From: an uncultured Gemmatimonadaceae bacterium
GTDB lineage: Bacteria; Gemmatimonadota; Gemmatimonadetes; Gemmatimonadales; GWC2-71-9
DNA: 64,000 nucleotides
Reading direction: 5' to 3'
Assembly (NCBI GenBank): GCA_964598655.1
Contig: CAZRCT010000002.1
Span: 67,146 to 131,145 of the forward strand
The notes beneath the pieces were generated by a model. The model was given only the letters and a program-made list of their open reading frames with translations. It did not search any database and was not told the DNA's origin. Both the position numbers and the translations under genes were made by a program. Shown here piece after piece: positions 17,963-26,219 of the stretch (the stretch's first letter is position 1; the number at the start of each line of letters is the position of its first letter).

Positions 17963-19485
17963 TCAGGCGTCCCCGACAGCTCATCGCGCTGGAAGTTGTG
18001 TTTGTCCATCAGCCGGTAGAGGGTGGTGCGGTCGATGTTGGCGAGCCGCGCCGCCTTGGACATGTTGCCGCCCGCCCGCCCGATGAGGCGCGACAGGTAC
18101 TCCTTCTCGAACGACGCCACCACCCGGTCCTTGGCCACGTGGTACGCCTCGTCCAGCACCGGGGCCGCCATGGCGCCCTCGGTGGGGAACTCGGTGCCGT
18201 CCTCGTAGATCGGGATGTCGTTGGGCTGGATGATCTGGTCCGGCTCCGCCAGCACGGCGCAATGCTCGATGACGTTCTGCAACTCGCGCACGTTGCCGCG
18301 CCAGGGCCGCGACCGCAGGAACGCGATGCTCGCGTCCGAGAGCCGGGGCAGCCGGTCGCTCATCTGGCGGTGGCGGTTCCAGTAATAGGTCAGGAAGTGG
18401 TTGGCGAGGAGGGGAATGTCCTCGGGCCGCTTCCGAAGCGGCGGCAGCTTGATCGGCACCACCCGGAGGCGGTAGAAGAGATCGCCGCGCAGGATGCCCT
18501 GATTCACGGCATCCTGCGGGTCCCGGTTGGTGGCAGCGATGTAGCGGACGTCCACCACGGCATCGTGGGTCTCGCTGCCCACCCGCCGCACCACGCCGTC
18601 CTGGATGACGCGGAGCAGCTTGGCCTGGAGCGGCATGGACATCTCGGTGAGCTCGTCCAGGAAGAGCGTGCCGCCGTTGGCCGTCTCCAGCAGGCCCGGC
18701 TTGTCGCGGTCGGCGCCGGTGAAGGCGCCCTTGCGGTGCCCGAACATCTCCGACTCGAGCAGGGGCTCCGGCAGCGCGGCGCAGTTGATGGGCACCATGC
18801 CGCGGCTGGTGCGCCGGCTGTGCTGGTGGATGAACTGCGCGATCACTTCCTTGCCCGTGCCGCTCTCGCCCGAGATGAACACCGAGGCATCGGTGGCCGC
18901 CACCTTCCGGGCCAGGTCCACGGCCTTGCGGAACAGGGGCGAGATCCCGATGAGCGAGAGCTTGTCGCTCTGCCCGCCCTGCTTGGCCAGCTGCTGCTTG
19001 AGGTCCCGCGTCTCGCGCGCCACCATGACGGCATGCGAGGCCCGGCCGATCAGCACCTGCAGGTGGGTGGCCGAGAAGGGCTTCGGCAGGTAGTCCCAGG
19101 CGCCGGCCCGCAGGGCCTCAATGCTGCTCGTGACGCTCGGGTTGCCCGTCATCACCACCACGATGGTGTCGCGGTTGAACTCGAGGGCGCTCCGCAGGAT
19201 GTCCATGCCGGACGTCTGCGACATGTAGAGGTCCACGAGGATCACGTCGAACTTGCGACGCTTCACCGTGTCGAGGGCCTCTTCCCCCCGGCCGATCAGC
19301 GTGACATTGTAGCCGTCCATCTGCAGCACGCTGGCGCAGCTCTCGCGCAGCGTCCGCTCATCATCGACGATGAGGATGCGGATGCTGGCCTTCACCTCGG
19401 CGGGGATCGACAACGGATCGCGGCCCCCGGCATCAGGAGGAACGCCATCCGGCCGACGGGCAGTGTGCACCAGCGAGGAACCCAT
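17959..19485 (-). CDS. Sigma-54-dependent (NtrC-family) response regulator / enhancer-binding protein
   Basis: Domains are REC (ILIVDDE...VILVDLYM), an AAA+ module with Walker A GESGTGKEV and the sigma-54 contact loop GAFTGA, and a C-terminal Fis-type HTH (AARLANIDRTTLYRLM). The start is trimmed to the ATG at 19485 (MGSSLVH...). Confidence 0.9.
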   Translation of the reverse strand: MGSSLVHTARRPDGVPPDAGGRDPLSIPAEVKASIRILIVDDERTLRESCASVLQMDGYNVTLIGRGEEALDTVKRRKFDVILVDLYMSQTSGMDILRSALEFNRDTIVVVMTGNPSVTSSIEALRAGAWDYLPKPFSATHLQVLIGRASHAVMVARETRDLKQQLAKQGGQSDKLSLIGISPLFRKAVDLARKVAATDASVFISGESGTGKEVIAQFIHQHSRRTSRGMVPINCAALPEPLLESEMFGHRKGAFTGADRDKPGLLETANGGTLFLDELTEMSMPLQAKLLRVIQDGVVRRVGSETHDAVVDVRYIAATNRDPQDAVNQGILRGDLFYRLRVVPIKLPPLRKRPEDIPLLANHFLTYYWNRHRQMSDRLPRLSDASIAFLRSRPWRGNVRELQNVIEHCAVLAEPDQIIQPNDIPIYEDGTEFPTEGAMAAPVLDEAYHVAKDRVVASFEKEYLSRLIGRAGGNMSKAARLANIDRTTLYRLMDKHNFQRDELSGTPE

Positions 19486-19571
19486 GGTCCAGCTCCCGGG
19501 CCACCCCCGGACCGGGGCGCGGCCACCCTGCGATGAAAGTGGGGTCCGACGTGACGAACGACCGCCACTAG

Positions 19572-19587
19572 TGCATCTTTGATACCA
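19572..19587 (-). promoter_or_regulatory. Candidate -24/-12 (sigma-54) promoter for the RR-HK-wecB operon
   Basis: The minus strand reads TGGTAT-CAAAG-ATGCA, with GG and GC at consensus spacing. It sits in a locally AT-richer patch ~87 nt upstream of the RR start. Confidence 0.3.
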
Positions 19588-19649
19588 CAGGTCGGCACGG
19601 CGCAACCGCACCCGGGTGTTGCGTTCCGGGGCATCAGGTGCGCCGAGTC

Positions 19650-19664
19650 TGCTACAATGTAGCA
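19650..19664. promoter_or_regulatory. Perfect 7-1-7 palindrome TGCTACA-A-TGTAGCA (candidate regulator or enhancer site)
   Basis: Read directly. It is centred between the two divergent -24/-12-like elements, about 70-100 bp from each. Confidence 0.3.
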
Positions 19665-19757
19665 TCTTCGCAACAGAGAGCCAGCCCGGAACGGGGGCTT
19701 TCGGGCCCCCGGACCGGTGCAACCGGTCCTCGGCCGGGCGTCCGTCGGTCAGGGTCG

Positions 19758-19773
19758 CGGTACTGACCTTGCA
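19758..19773 (+). promoter_or_regulatory. Candidate -24/-12 (sigma-54) promoter for the chain-length/tyrosine-kinase gene
   Basis: CGGTAC-TGACC-TTGCA against the consensus TGGCAC-N5-TTGCA. GG and TTGCA are correctly spaced, and it lies 65 nt upstream of the ATG at 19838. Confidence 0.4.
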
Positions 19774-19837
19774 AAGGAAGTTGCGAATCGCGGGCTGCCG
19801 GGGTCCGGCAGCCTCCACCCAAGCCGCTCAGGCAGCC

Positions 19838-22276
19838 ATGGCCGGTCACCTCGTCTCCTCGCAGCCCCAGGGGCTGCCGCCCGACCCGCACGTCAACATC
19901 ACGCCCCACCTGGGCACCATGGCCCCGATGGAGTCGCCGGAGGCGCGGGAGGCGGGGGTGAACTGGGGGCGCTACGTGTCCGCCCTGCGCCGCTACCGCT
20001 GGCTGATGCTCGGCATCATCCTGCTGGGCAGCGCCCTCGGGGTGGTGGCCACCAAGTTCATGCCGCCCGAATACTCGGCCATGACCACCATCTGGGTCGA
20101 GAACCGCAACGTCGGCGCCGGCCCCATCCGGCCCGGCAGCATCCTCGACAATGCCGGCTGGACCCAGCTGCTCCAGACCCCGATCATCTACGAACCGGTG
20201 GTGCGGAAGCTCCGGCTCTACATCAAGCCCACCGACGCCGCCGATTCCACCGTCTTCAGCACCTTCGAGGTGGACAAGCGCTTCAAGACCGGCGTGTTCA
20301 TGCTCAAGGTCAGCGCCGACGGCAAGCAGTGGAGTCTCCTCGACGGTGACGTGCTGATCGACGACGGCCTGGTGGGGGACTCCATCGGCAACGGCGACCT
20401 CGGCACCAACGGCAAGGACCCGGGCGCGCTGGGCTGGCTCTGGGCGCCGTCCACCGCCGAGCTGGGGCGGGACCGCCAGATCGAGTTCGCGCTGACCGAC
20501 CCCCGCCAGGTCGTGGCACAGATCTCCAAGAGCCTGAACGTGGCGCTGCCGGAAGACGGCACCTTCATGCGGGTGACCTACTCCAGCACCGAGCAGGACG
20601 AGGTCGCGCCGATCGTCAACGCGGTCTCGACCGAGTTCGTCGAGACGGCGGCCGACCTCAAGAAGCGCAAGCTCACCGAGCTCCGCATGGCGCTCGACTC
20701 GCAGGTCACCATTGCGTACCAGAACCTGCGCAATGCGGAAGCGGCGCTGAAGACCTTCCAGATCAACACCGTCACCAAGCCCCGGCCCCAGGCGGTCCTG
20801 ACCGCGCCCGGGCTGCAGCAGACCACCAACTCGGCCACGGCCCAGTACTTCGCGCAGCGGCAGGCGCGGGACGGCATCCGGCAGGACCGCGAGCAGCTGG
20901 AGCAGGTCTTTGCCCGGAGCCTGTCGGGGCCCATCACGGTGGACGCGTTCCAGACCATCCCGTCGGTGGCCAACGCCCCGCAGCTGCAGCAGGCCCTGCG
21001 CGACCTGACCGCCCGCGAGGCGGAGCTCACCGCACTGCTGGCCCGCTACACCCCCGAGCACCCGCTGGTGAAGCAGACCCAGCAGGATCTCGACCGCATC
21101 CGCAACGAGCTGGTCCCGCGCTACGTGCAGGCGCTCATCGGGCAGCTCAAGGCGCAGGAGCAGGACCTCGACGGCCGCCTGTCGATCGCCGAGAGCCAGA
21201 TGCGGGAGATCCCCACGGTCGCCATCGAGGAAGGGCGGCTGACCCGGGAACTCGGCGCGGCGGACGAGCTCTACAAGATGCTGAGCGCCCGCCTCGAGGA
21301 GGCCAAGCTCTCCGAGCTCTCGGCCATCCCCGACGTGCGGGTGCTCGACTGGGCCGTCACCCCGAAGAAGCCCTCGAGCAACACCGCGCCCAAGATCATC
21401 TTCATGGCCGTGGCGGCGAGCATCGGCGCCGCCATCGCGCTGGCGCTGCTCCTCGACCAGCTCGACCGCCGCTTCCGCTATCCGGAGCAGGTATCGAGCG
21501 AGCTCGGGCTGCCCATCCTCGGCGCCATCCCGGCCATCCGGAAGACGCGCCGCGGCGAGCTGGCCCCGGAACAGGCGGCGCAGGTCATCGAGGCGTTCCG
21601 CACGGTCCGCCTCAACCTGGCCCATTCCTACGGCAGCGCCGGCCCCGTGATGCTCACCATCTCGAGCCCCGGCGCGGGCGACGGCAAGTCGCTCGTCTCC
21701 TCGAACCTCGCGGTCTCCTTCGCGGAGGCCGGCTACCGCACCGTGCTCGTGGACGGCGACATCCGCCGCGGCGAGATCCATCGCATGTTCGGCGTGGATC
21801 GCCGGCCGGGCCTCCTGGACCACCTGACGGGCGGCGCGCCCTTCGACGAGATCATCCGCCCCACCAGCCAGCGCAATCTCTCGGTGGTGCCCTGCGGCAC
21901 GCGCCGGCACCACGGACCGGAGCTCCTGGGCTCCGCCGCCATGGCCGAGGCCATGGCGCTCTTCAAGACGCGCTTCGACGTCATCATCGTGGACAGCCCG
22001 CCGCTCGGCGCCGGCATCGACCCGTTCGTGCTCGGCACCACCACGGGCCACCTGATGCTGGTCTTCCGCACCGGCGAGACCGACCGCCAGATGGCCGAGG
22101 CCAAGCTCCGGCTGCTCGACCGCCTGCCGGTCCGCGTGCTCGGGGCGGTGCTCAACGAGATCGAGGCGGAGGGGAGCTACCGGTACTACTCCTACCTGTA
22201 CGGCTACACCGCCGACGAGGAGCCGGCGCAGATCCCGGCGGAGACCGGCGGCAGCACCAGCGGCGCCGGGGCCTGA
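19838..22276 (+). CDS. Polysaccharide co-polymerase (Wzz-type chain-length determinant) fused to a BY-kinase (tyrosine autokinase)
   Basis: N-terminal TM segment plus a long coiled-coil periplasmic region. The C-terminal P-loop is ISSPGAGDGKSLVSSNLA...VLVDGDIRR, and the tail is Tyr-rich (YRYYSYLYGY). The start is uncertain; alternative ATGs lie at 19918 and 19927. Confidence 0.85.
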   Translation: MAGHLVSSQPQGLPPDPHVNITPHLGTMAPMESPEAREAGVNWGRYVSALRRYRWLMLGIILLGSALGVVATKFMPPEYSAMTTIWVENRNVGAGPIRPGSILDNAGWTQLLQTPIIYEPVVRKLRLYIKPTDAADSTVFSTFEVDKRFKTGVFMLKVSADGKQWSLLDGDVLIDDGLVGDSIGNGDLGTNGKDPGALGWLWAPSTAELGRDRQIEFALTDPRQVVAQISKSLNVALPEDGTFMRVTYSSTEQDEVAPIVNAVSTEFVETAADLKKRKLTELRMALDSQVTIAYQNLRNAEAALKTFQINTVTKPRPQAVLTAPGLQQTTNSATAQYFAQRQARDGIRQDREQLEQVFARSLSGPITVDAFQTIPSVANAPQLQQALRDLTAREAELTALLARYTPEHPLVKQTQQDLDRIRNELVPRYVQALIGQLKAQEQDLDGRLSIAESQMREIPTVAIEEGRLTRELGAADELYKMLSARLEEAKLSELSAIPDVRVLDWAVTPKKPSSNTAPKIIFMAVAASIGAAIALALLLDQLDRRFRYPEQVSSELGLPILGAIPAIRKTRRGELAPEQAAQVIEAFRTVRLNLAHSYGSAGPVMLTISSPGAGDGKSLVSSNLAVSFAEAGYRTVLVDGDIRRGEIHRMFGVDRRPGLLDHLTGGAPFDEIIRPTSQRNLSVVPCGTRRHHGPELLGSAAMAEAMALFKTRFDVIIVDSPPLGAGIDPFVLGTTTGHLMLVFRTGETDRQMAEAKLRLLDRLPVRVLGAVLNEIEAEGSYRYYSYLYGYTADEEPAQIPAETGGSTSGAGA

Positions 22277-22290
22277 GCGGCCTCGCGCCG

Positions 22291-22336
22291 GCAACGACAG
22301 CGGCGGGGAGCCTGGGCTCCCCGCCGCTGTCGTTGC
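22291..22336. terminator. Strong bidirectional stem-loop between convergent genes
   Basis: Perfect 21-bp stem: gcaacgacagcggcggggagc (22291-22311), loop ctgg, gctccccgccgctgtcgttgc (22316-22336). Confidence 0.7.
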
Positions 22337-22345
22337 TGCCTGGGC

Positions 22346-23257
22346 TCAGTTGACCGGGGCGGTAGGTGCGACGGGCACGGCGCGGATGCGCTCGGCGGCG
22401 GGGGTGCTCATGAGCTCGCGCAGGGTGGAGGTGGCGCGGAGCAGCATCTCCACGGCATCCATGGGCGAGGCGGCGTAGTCCGGCACCGCACAGTAGCCGA
22501 CCCGCAGCGCCGGACGGGCCGCGGGACCGCCCAGCAGGTCCTCGAGCCGCTCCACCATGCGCTGGACGCCATTGGGCCCGGTGGCGGGGGCGATGACGGC
22601 GAATTCGTGCTCGCCGAGCCGGCCGATGGCGTCCGAGGAGCGCCCCTTCTCGCGGAGCAGGCGGCTCAGCTGGGCGCTGGCCTCCTCACTGTCCGCTGTG
22701 GTCGGCGCCCCAGCCGCGAAGACCACGCAGGCGAGCGCCTGATGGCTCCGGTACACCTCGGCCGCAATTTCCCGGGCCCGACGCGAGAGGCCGCGCATGT
22801 TGTAGAGGCCCGAGGTGGGATCGAGCAGGCTCTCCTCGCGGAAGCGGTCGGTCTCCAGCTTGGCCGCGAGGAAGGTGCGCAGCTTGAGCAGCAGGCTTTC
22901 CCCGTCGAGCGGCTGGCCGAGGAATTCCCACGCCCCCGCCTGGTACGCCTCGAGACGCTGGGCGCGCCCGGACGGGCCGGCGGTGGTGATCAGGATCGGG
23001 GTGGTGGCGCTGAAGCGCGGATCGGCGCGGAGCTGGCGGCAGACCTCGATGCCGTGCAGGTCCGGCATCTGGGCGTCGAGGATGATCAGGTCGGGACGCG
23101 CGGAACGAGCCCGGTCGAGCGCCTGCTGCCCCGTGTAGGCGCGCAGCACGGCGTACCCGTTCGGGGCGAGGATGCTCTCGAGCGACCGCGCGGACCACTC
23201 CTGGTCGTTGGCGATCAGCACGAGGGGCGGCCGCTGGGGCACCTCGGGTTCGGTCAT
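22346..23257 (-). CDS. Response regulator: REC domain plus a degenerate GGDEF domain (A-site GEHEF, I-site RSSD retained)
   Basis: The start is trimmed to the ATG at 23257 (MTEPEV...). REC reads LIANDQ...LIILDAQMPD. The GGDEF-fold entry is DPTSGLYNMRGL, and ...RSSDAIGRLGEHEF replaces RxxD-x5-GGDEF. Confidence 0.8.
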   Translation of the reverse strand: MTEPEVPQRPPLVLIANDQEWSARSLESILAPNGYAVLRAYTGQQALDRARSARPDLIILDAQMPDLHGIEVCRQLRADPRFSATTPILITTAGPSGRAQRLEAYQAGAWEFLGQPLDGESLLLKLRTFLAAKLETDRFREESLLDPTSGLYNMRGLSRRAREIAAEVYRSHQALACVVFAAGAPTTADSEEASAQLSRLLREKGRSSDAIGRLGEHEFAVIAPATGPNGVQRMVERLEDLLGGPAARPALRVGYCAVPDYAASPMDAVEMLLRATSTLRELMSTPAAERIRAVPVAPTAPVN

Positions 23258-23330
23258 GCGTCCCCGGACGGGTGAACCCGCCGCCCAGAATGGCGGAGGG
23301 AGGAAAGGTCCTGATCGTTGAACGAGATCC

Positions 23331-23345
23331 CGCAAGAATCTTGCG
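23331..23345. promoter_or_regulatory. Perfect 7-1-7 palindrome CGCAAGA-A-TCTTGCG in the divergent control region
   Basis: Read directly. It lies ~75 bp upstream of the REC-GGDEF start in the 437-bp intergenic region. Confidence 0.2.
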
Positions 23346-23694
23346 ACCGCGGGGAGTGAGGCTGCCGGGTGGACGGGCGCCACGATCGGCTGGTGGTAGG
23401 ATACGAAATGCCGGTACCCAAGGCAATACAAGTAGGCGATTTGCCAGAAGTTGACTCGGTTCGCCATCGCGACCGGCATCACCGCGCGCCGTGGCGGCCT
23501 GCGCCGGGTGATGCTTCCCGTGTGGCGCGACCGCGACTGGGAGTGTAGCCTTCCAGCCACATCACGCCGCCCCAAGGGGTTGTCCGTCGCCCTCCAGGGA
23601 GGGCAGGTGGCGGTGTGCCAGCAGGTTCGGCGTTCGCGGCCCGGGGTGGTCCCGGGCCACTTCCTAGCACGGCCTGTGCAATAGGACCCCGGCG

Positions 23695-24528
23695 ATGACC
23701 CAGTTTCTTGCATCCCTTCGTCCCCAGTCCCGGCGGCTGGCAGGTCTGGGCTTGGCGCTTGGCCTCATGGCCGCCCCGTCCGGCCTCCGGGCGCAGGACC
23801 AGCCGGTGGACGCCCAGCGCCCGCTGGCCACCCGGGCCCAGCTGCAGGCCAGCCTGACCGAGGCGGAACAGGTGGCCAACGGCGGCGGCTTCAGTGCCTC
23901 CTTCCGGGAGGCCAAGCGGGACGAGGCGGCGATGATCCGGGAACGGCTCACCGAGGGCGACTTCTATGTGGGCGACCAGATCACGATCACCGTGGTGGGC
24001 GCCGACACGAGCCTGGGCGGGCTGGGCGGGACCCATTCGGTGTCGTACGGCCGGGTGCTCATCCTGCCGAGCATCGGCGAGGTGCCCCTGCGGGGGGTGC
24101 TCCGCTCGGAGATCCAGACGTACCTCACGGAGCAGATCGGGCGCTTCGTGCGGAACCCCGACATCCGGGTGCGGCCGTCCCTCCGGCTCACGTTCATGGG
24201 GGGCGTGAACACGCCCGGATTCCACCAGGTGGACGCGGACATGCTGGTGAGCGACGCGCTCACGCTGGCCGGCGGCATCAACAACAGCACCGTCCTCAAG
24301 GACACCAAGATCCTGCGGGGCGAGGAGGAGATCGTCGACGGCGAGACGTTCGCCAAGGCGGTGACCTCCGGCCTGACGATCGACCAGTTGAACCTGCGCG
24401 CGGGTGACGAGATCAACGTGGGGGTGCAGAACCGGCGGGATTGGTTCACGACCCTGCGGACCTTCGCGGCAATCCCGGCCCTTATCCTGAGCACGTATGG
24501 CCTTGGGCGGCTCTTCGGCATCTTCTAG
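23695..24528 (+). CDS. Polysaccharide export protein (Wza-like: Poly_export + SLBB)
   Basis: Signal peptide, then GDFYVGDQITITV...LPSIGEVPLRGVLRSEIQTYL...NPDIRVRP...GGVNTPGFHQV...LTLAGGI. It has an unusual hydrophobic C-terminal segment. Confidence 0.75.
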   Translation: MTQFLASLRPQSRRLAGLGLALGLMAAPSGLRAQDQPVDAQRPLATRAQLQASLTEAEQVANGGGFSASFREAKRDEAAMIRERLTEGDFYVGDQITITVVGADTSLGGLGGTHSVSYGRVLILPSIGEVPLRGVLRSEIQTYLTEQIGRFVRNPDIRVRPSLRLTFMGGVNTPGFHQVDADMLVSDALTLAGGINNSTVLKDTKILRGEEEIVDGETFAKAVTSGLTIDQLNLRAGDEINVGVQNRRDWFTTLRTFAAIPALILSTYGLGRLFGIF

Positions 24529-24547
24529 TCCCCGGCGAGACCCGGAG

Positions 24548-25309
24548 ATGGAACGCAACATGGCATCGGCAACCGGTCCCCGTCCCACCCGCCAGCCGCC
24601 CGCGCGTGAGCGCCGGCTGCGGCTGGTCGAGGACGTGGACCCGCCGCTGGTGCCGCGGGAGCGTTCCGAGGCGGCGGCGCGCGTGCTCAACTTCACGCTC
24701 GCGCTCCTCGCGCTCCTCCTGCTGGCGCCGCTCTTCCTGCTCATCGCCGTCGTGGTGAAGGTCACGAGCCGGGGCCCGGTGTTCTACACCCAGACCCGCA
24801 TCGGGCTGGACCGGCGCTGGAGCCGGACCCCGGACGACCCCGACGCGCGGCGGCGCGCCTACGACCTGGGCGGGCGGGTGTTCACCATCTACAAGTTCCG
24901 CACGATGTGCGTGAACGCGGAGCACCTCTCGGGCGCCGTGTGGGCGGCCAAGGAGGACCCGCGCGTCACCCCGATCGGGCGGCTGCTGCGCCAGTACCGC
25001 CTCGACGAGCTGCCGCAGCTCTACAACGTGCTGCGCGGCGACATGAACATCGTGGGCCCGCGGCCCGAGCGGCCGAGCATCTTCGCCCAGTTGCGGCAGA
25101 ACATCCCGAACTACGAGTATCGCCAGCGCGTGAAGCCCGGCATCACCGGGCTGGCGCAGGTGAACCAGCAGTACGACCAGTGCCTCGACGACGTCCGGAA
25201 CAAGCTCGAGTTCGACCTGCAGTACCTCCGGCGCCAGGGCTTCTGGGAGGACATCCGGATCATGCTCAAGACGATCCCGGTCATCCTCTTCAAGAAGGGC
25301 GGTTGGTGA
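24548..25309 (+). CDS. Bacterial sugar transferase (polyprenyl-phosphate hexose-1-phosphate transferase, priming enzyme)
   Basis: One TM segment, then SRGPVFYTQTRIG...IYKFRTM...DELPQLYNVLRGDMNIVGPRPERP...KPGITG, which are PF02397-type motifs. An alternative upstream start lies at 24497. Confidence 0.85.
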   Translation: MERNMASATGPRPTRQPPARERRLRLVEDVDPPLVPRERSEAAARVLNFTLALLALLLLAPLFLLIAVVVKVTSRGPVFYTQTRIGLDRRWSRTPDDPDARRRAYDLGGRVFTIYKFRTMCVNAEHLSGAVWAAKEDPRVTPIGRLLRQYRLDELPQLYNVLRGDMNIVGPRPERPSIFAQLRQNIPNYEYRQRVKPGITGLAQVNQQYDQCLDDVRNKLEFDLQYLRRQGFWEDIRIMLKTIPVILFKKGGW

Positions 25310-25313
25310 GCCG

Positions 25314-26219
25314 GTGACCGCATCCCCGCCGCTCCCGCGCCCCGGGGCGCGGGAGCTCGCGCCGTTCCTCGCCGCCGCCGCCTGCTTCGTCCTCCTCTTC
25401 AGCCATCCCTTCCGGCTCCTCGTCCTGGACTGGTGGAACGACCCGGACGCGGGCCACGGCCTGCTGCTCGCGCCCGTGGCGGTCTGGATCGGGTGGCAGC
25501 GGGGCCTGGTGCCCGCGGTCCCGGCGCGCGTGACCGGGCTGCTGGTCCTCGCCAGCGGCGTGGTGCTCCGCTACCTCGCGGGACTCGCCGCCGAGCTCTT
25601 CACCATGCGGTTCTCCATGGTGCTGGCCGGCGTGGGACTCGTGCTCTTCTTCCGCGGCTGGCGCCAGGCGCGGCAGTGGTGGCTCCCCATCCTGCTCTTC
25701 GCGCTCTCGATCCCGATCCCCGCCGTGCTGACGAGCTCGCTGGCGCTGCCGCTGCAGCTGCAGGCGTCGCGCTGGGGCGCGGCGCTGCTCGAGGCGCGCC
25801 ACGTGCCCGTCCTGCTGTCGGGCAACATCATCCGGCTGCCGGGGCGGGACCTGTTCGTCACCGAGGCGTGCAGCGGGCTCCGGTCGCTCACGGCGCTGCT
25901 CTCCCTCGGGGTGCTGGTGGGCGGGCTCTGGCTCCGCCACCCGGTGAGCCGGATCGTCCTCGTGCTGCTGGCCCTGCCCGTGGCCATGGTGGTCAACGCC
26001 GTCCGGGTGTTCCTCACCGGGTTCCTGGTGCACTGGGTGGACCCGGCGCTGGGCGAAGGCTTCATGCACCTGAGCGAGGGGTGGCTGCTGTTCGTCATCG
26101 CGTTCCTGATCCTCGGGGCGTTCACCTGGGTGGTGAGCGGCCTCGAGACCCGCCTCCTCGGGCCCGCGCCCGGAGCCGCCGTGGGCCAGCCCTCAGGGGA
26201 GCCGACGCATGCCGCGTGA
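25314..26219 (+). CDS. Exosortase (EpsH/Xrt family transpeptidase)
   Basis: GTG start. Eight TM segments, with the catalytic-type motifs FVTEACSGLRSL (Cys), NAVRV (Arg) and FMHLSEGW (His). Confidence 0.8.
   Translation: MTASPPLPRPGARELAPFLAAAACFVLLFSHPFRLLVLDWWNDPDAGHGLLLAPVAVWIGWQRGLVPAVPARVTGLLVLASGVVLRYLAGLAAELFTMRFSMVLAGVGLVLFFRGWRQARQWWLPILLFALSIPIPAVLTSSLALPLQLQASRWGAALLEARHVPVLLSGNIIRLPGRDLFVTEACSGLRSLTALLSLGVLVGGLWLRHPVSRIVLVLLALPVAMVVNAVRVFLTGFLVHWVDPALGEGFMHLSEGWLLFVIAFLILGAFTWVVSGLETRLLGPAPGAAVGQPSGEPTHAA

Noticed and set aside
23665-23680. TAGCAC-GGCCT-GTGCA, 15 nt upstream of the Wza-like gene, as a sigma-54 promoter. Also the weaker TGGCGG-TGTGC-CAGCA at 23618-23633.
   Set aside because: The first lacks the invariant -24 GG (it reads AG) and would leave almost no leader. 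The second keeps the GG/GC spacing but has four other mismatches. Neither is good enough to call, so the promoter of this operon remains unassigned.
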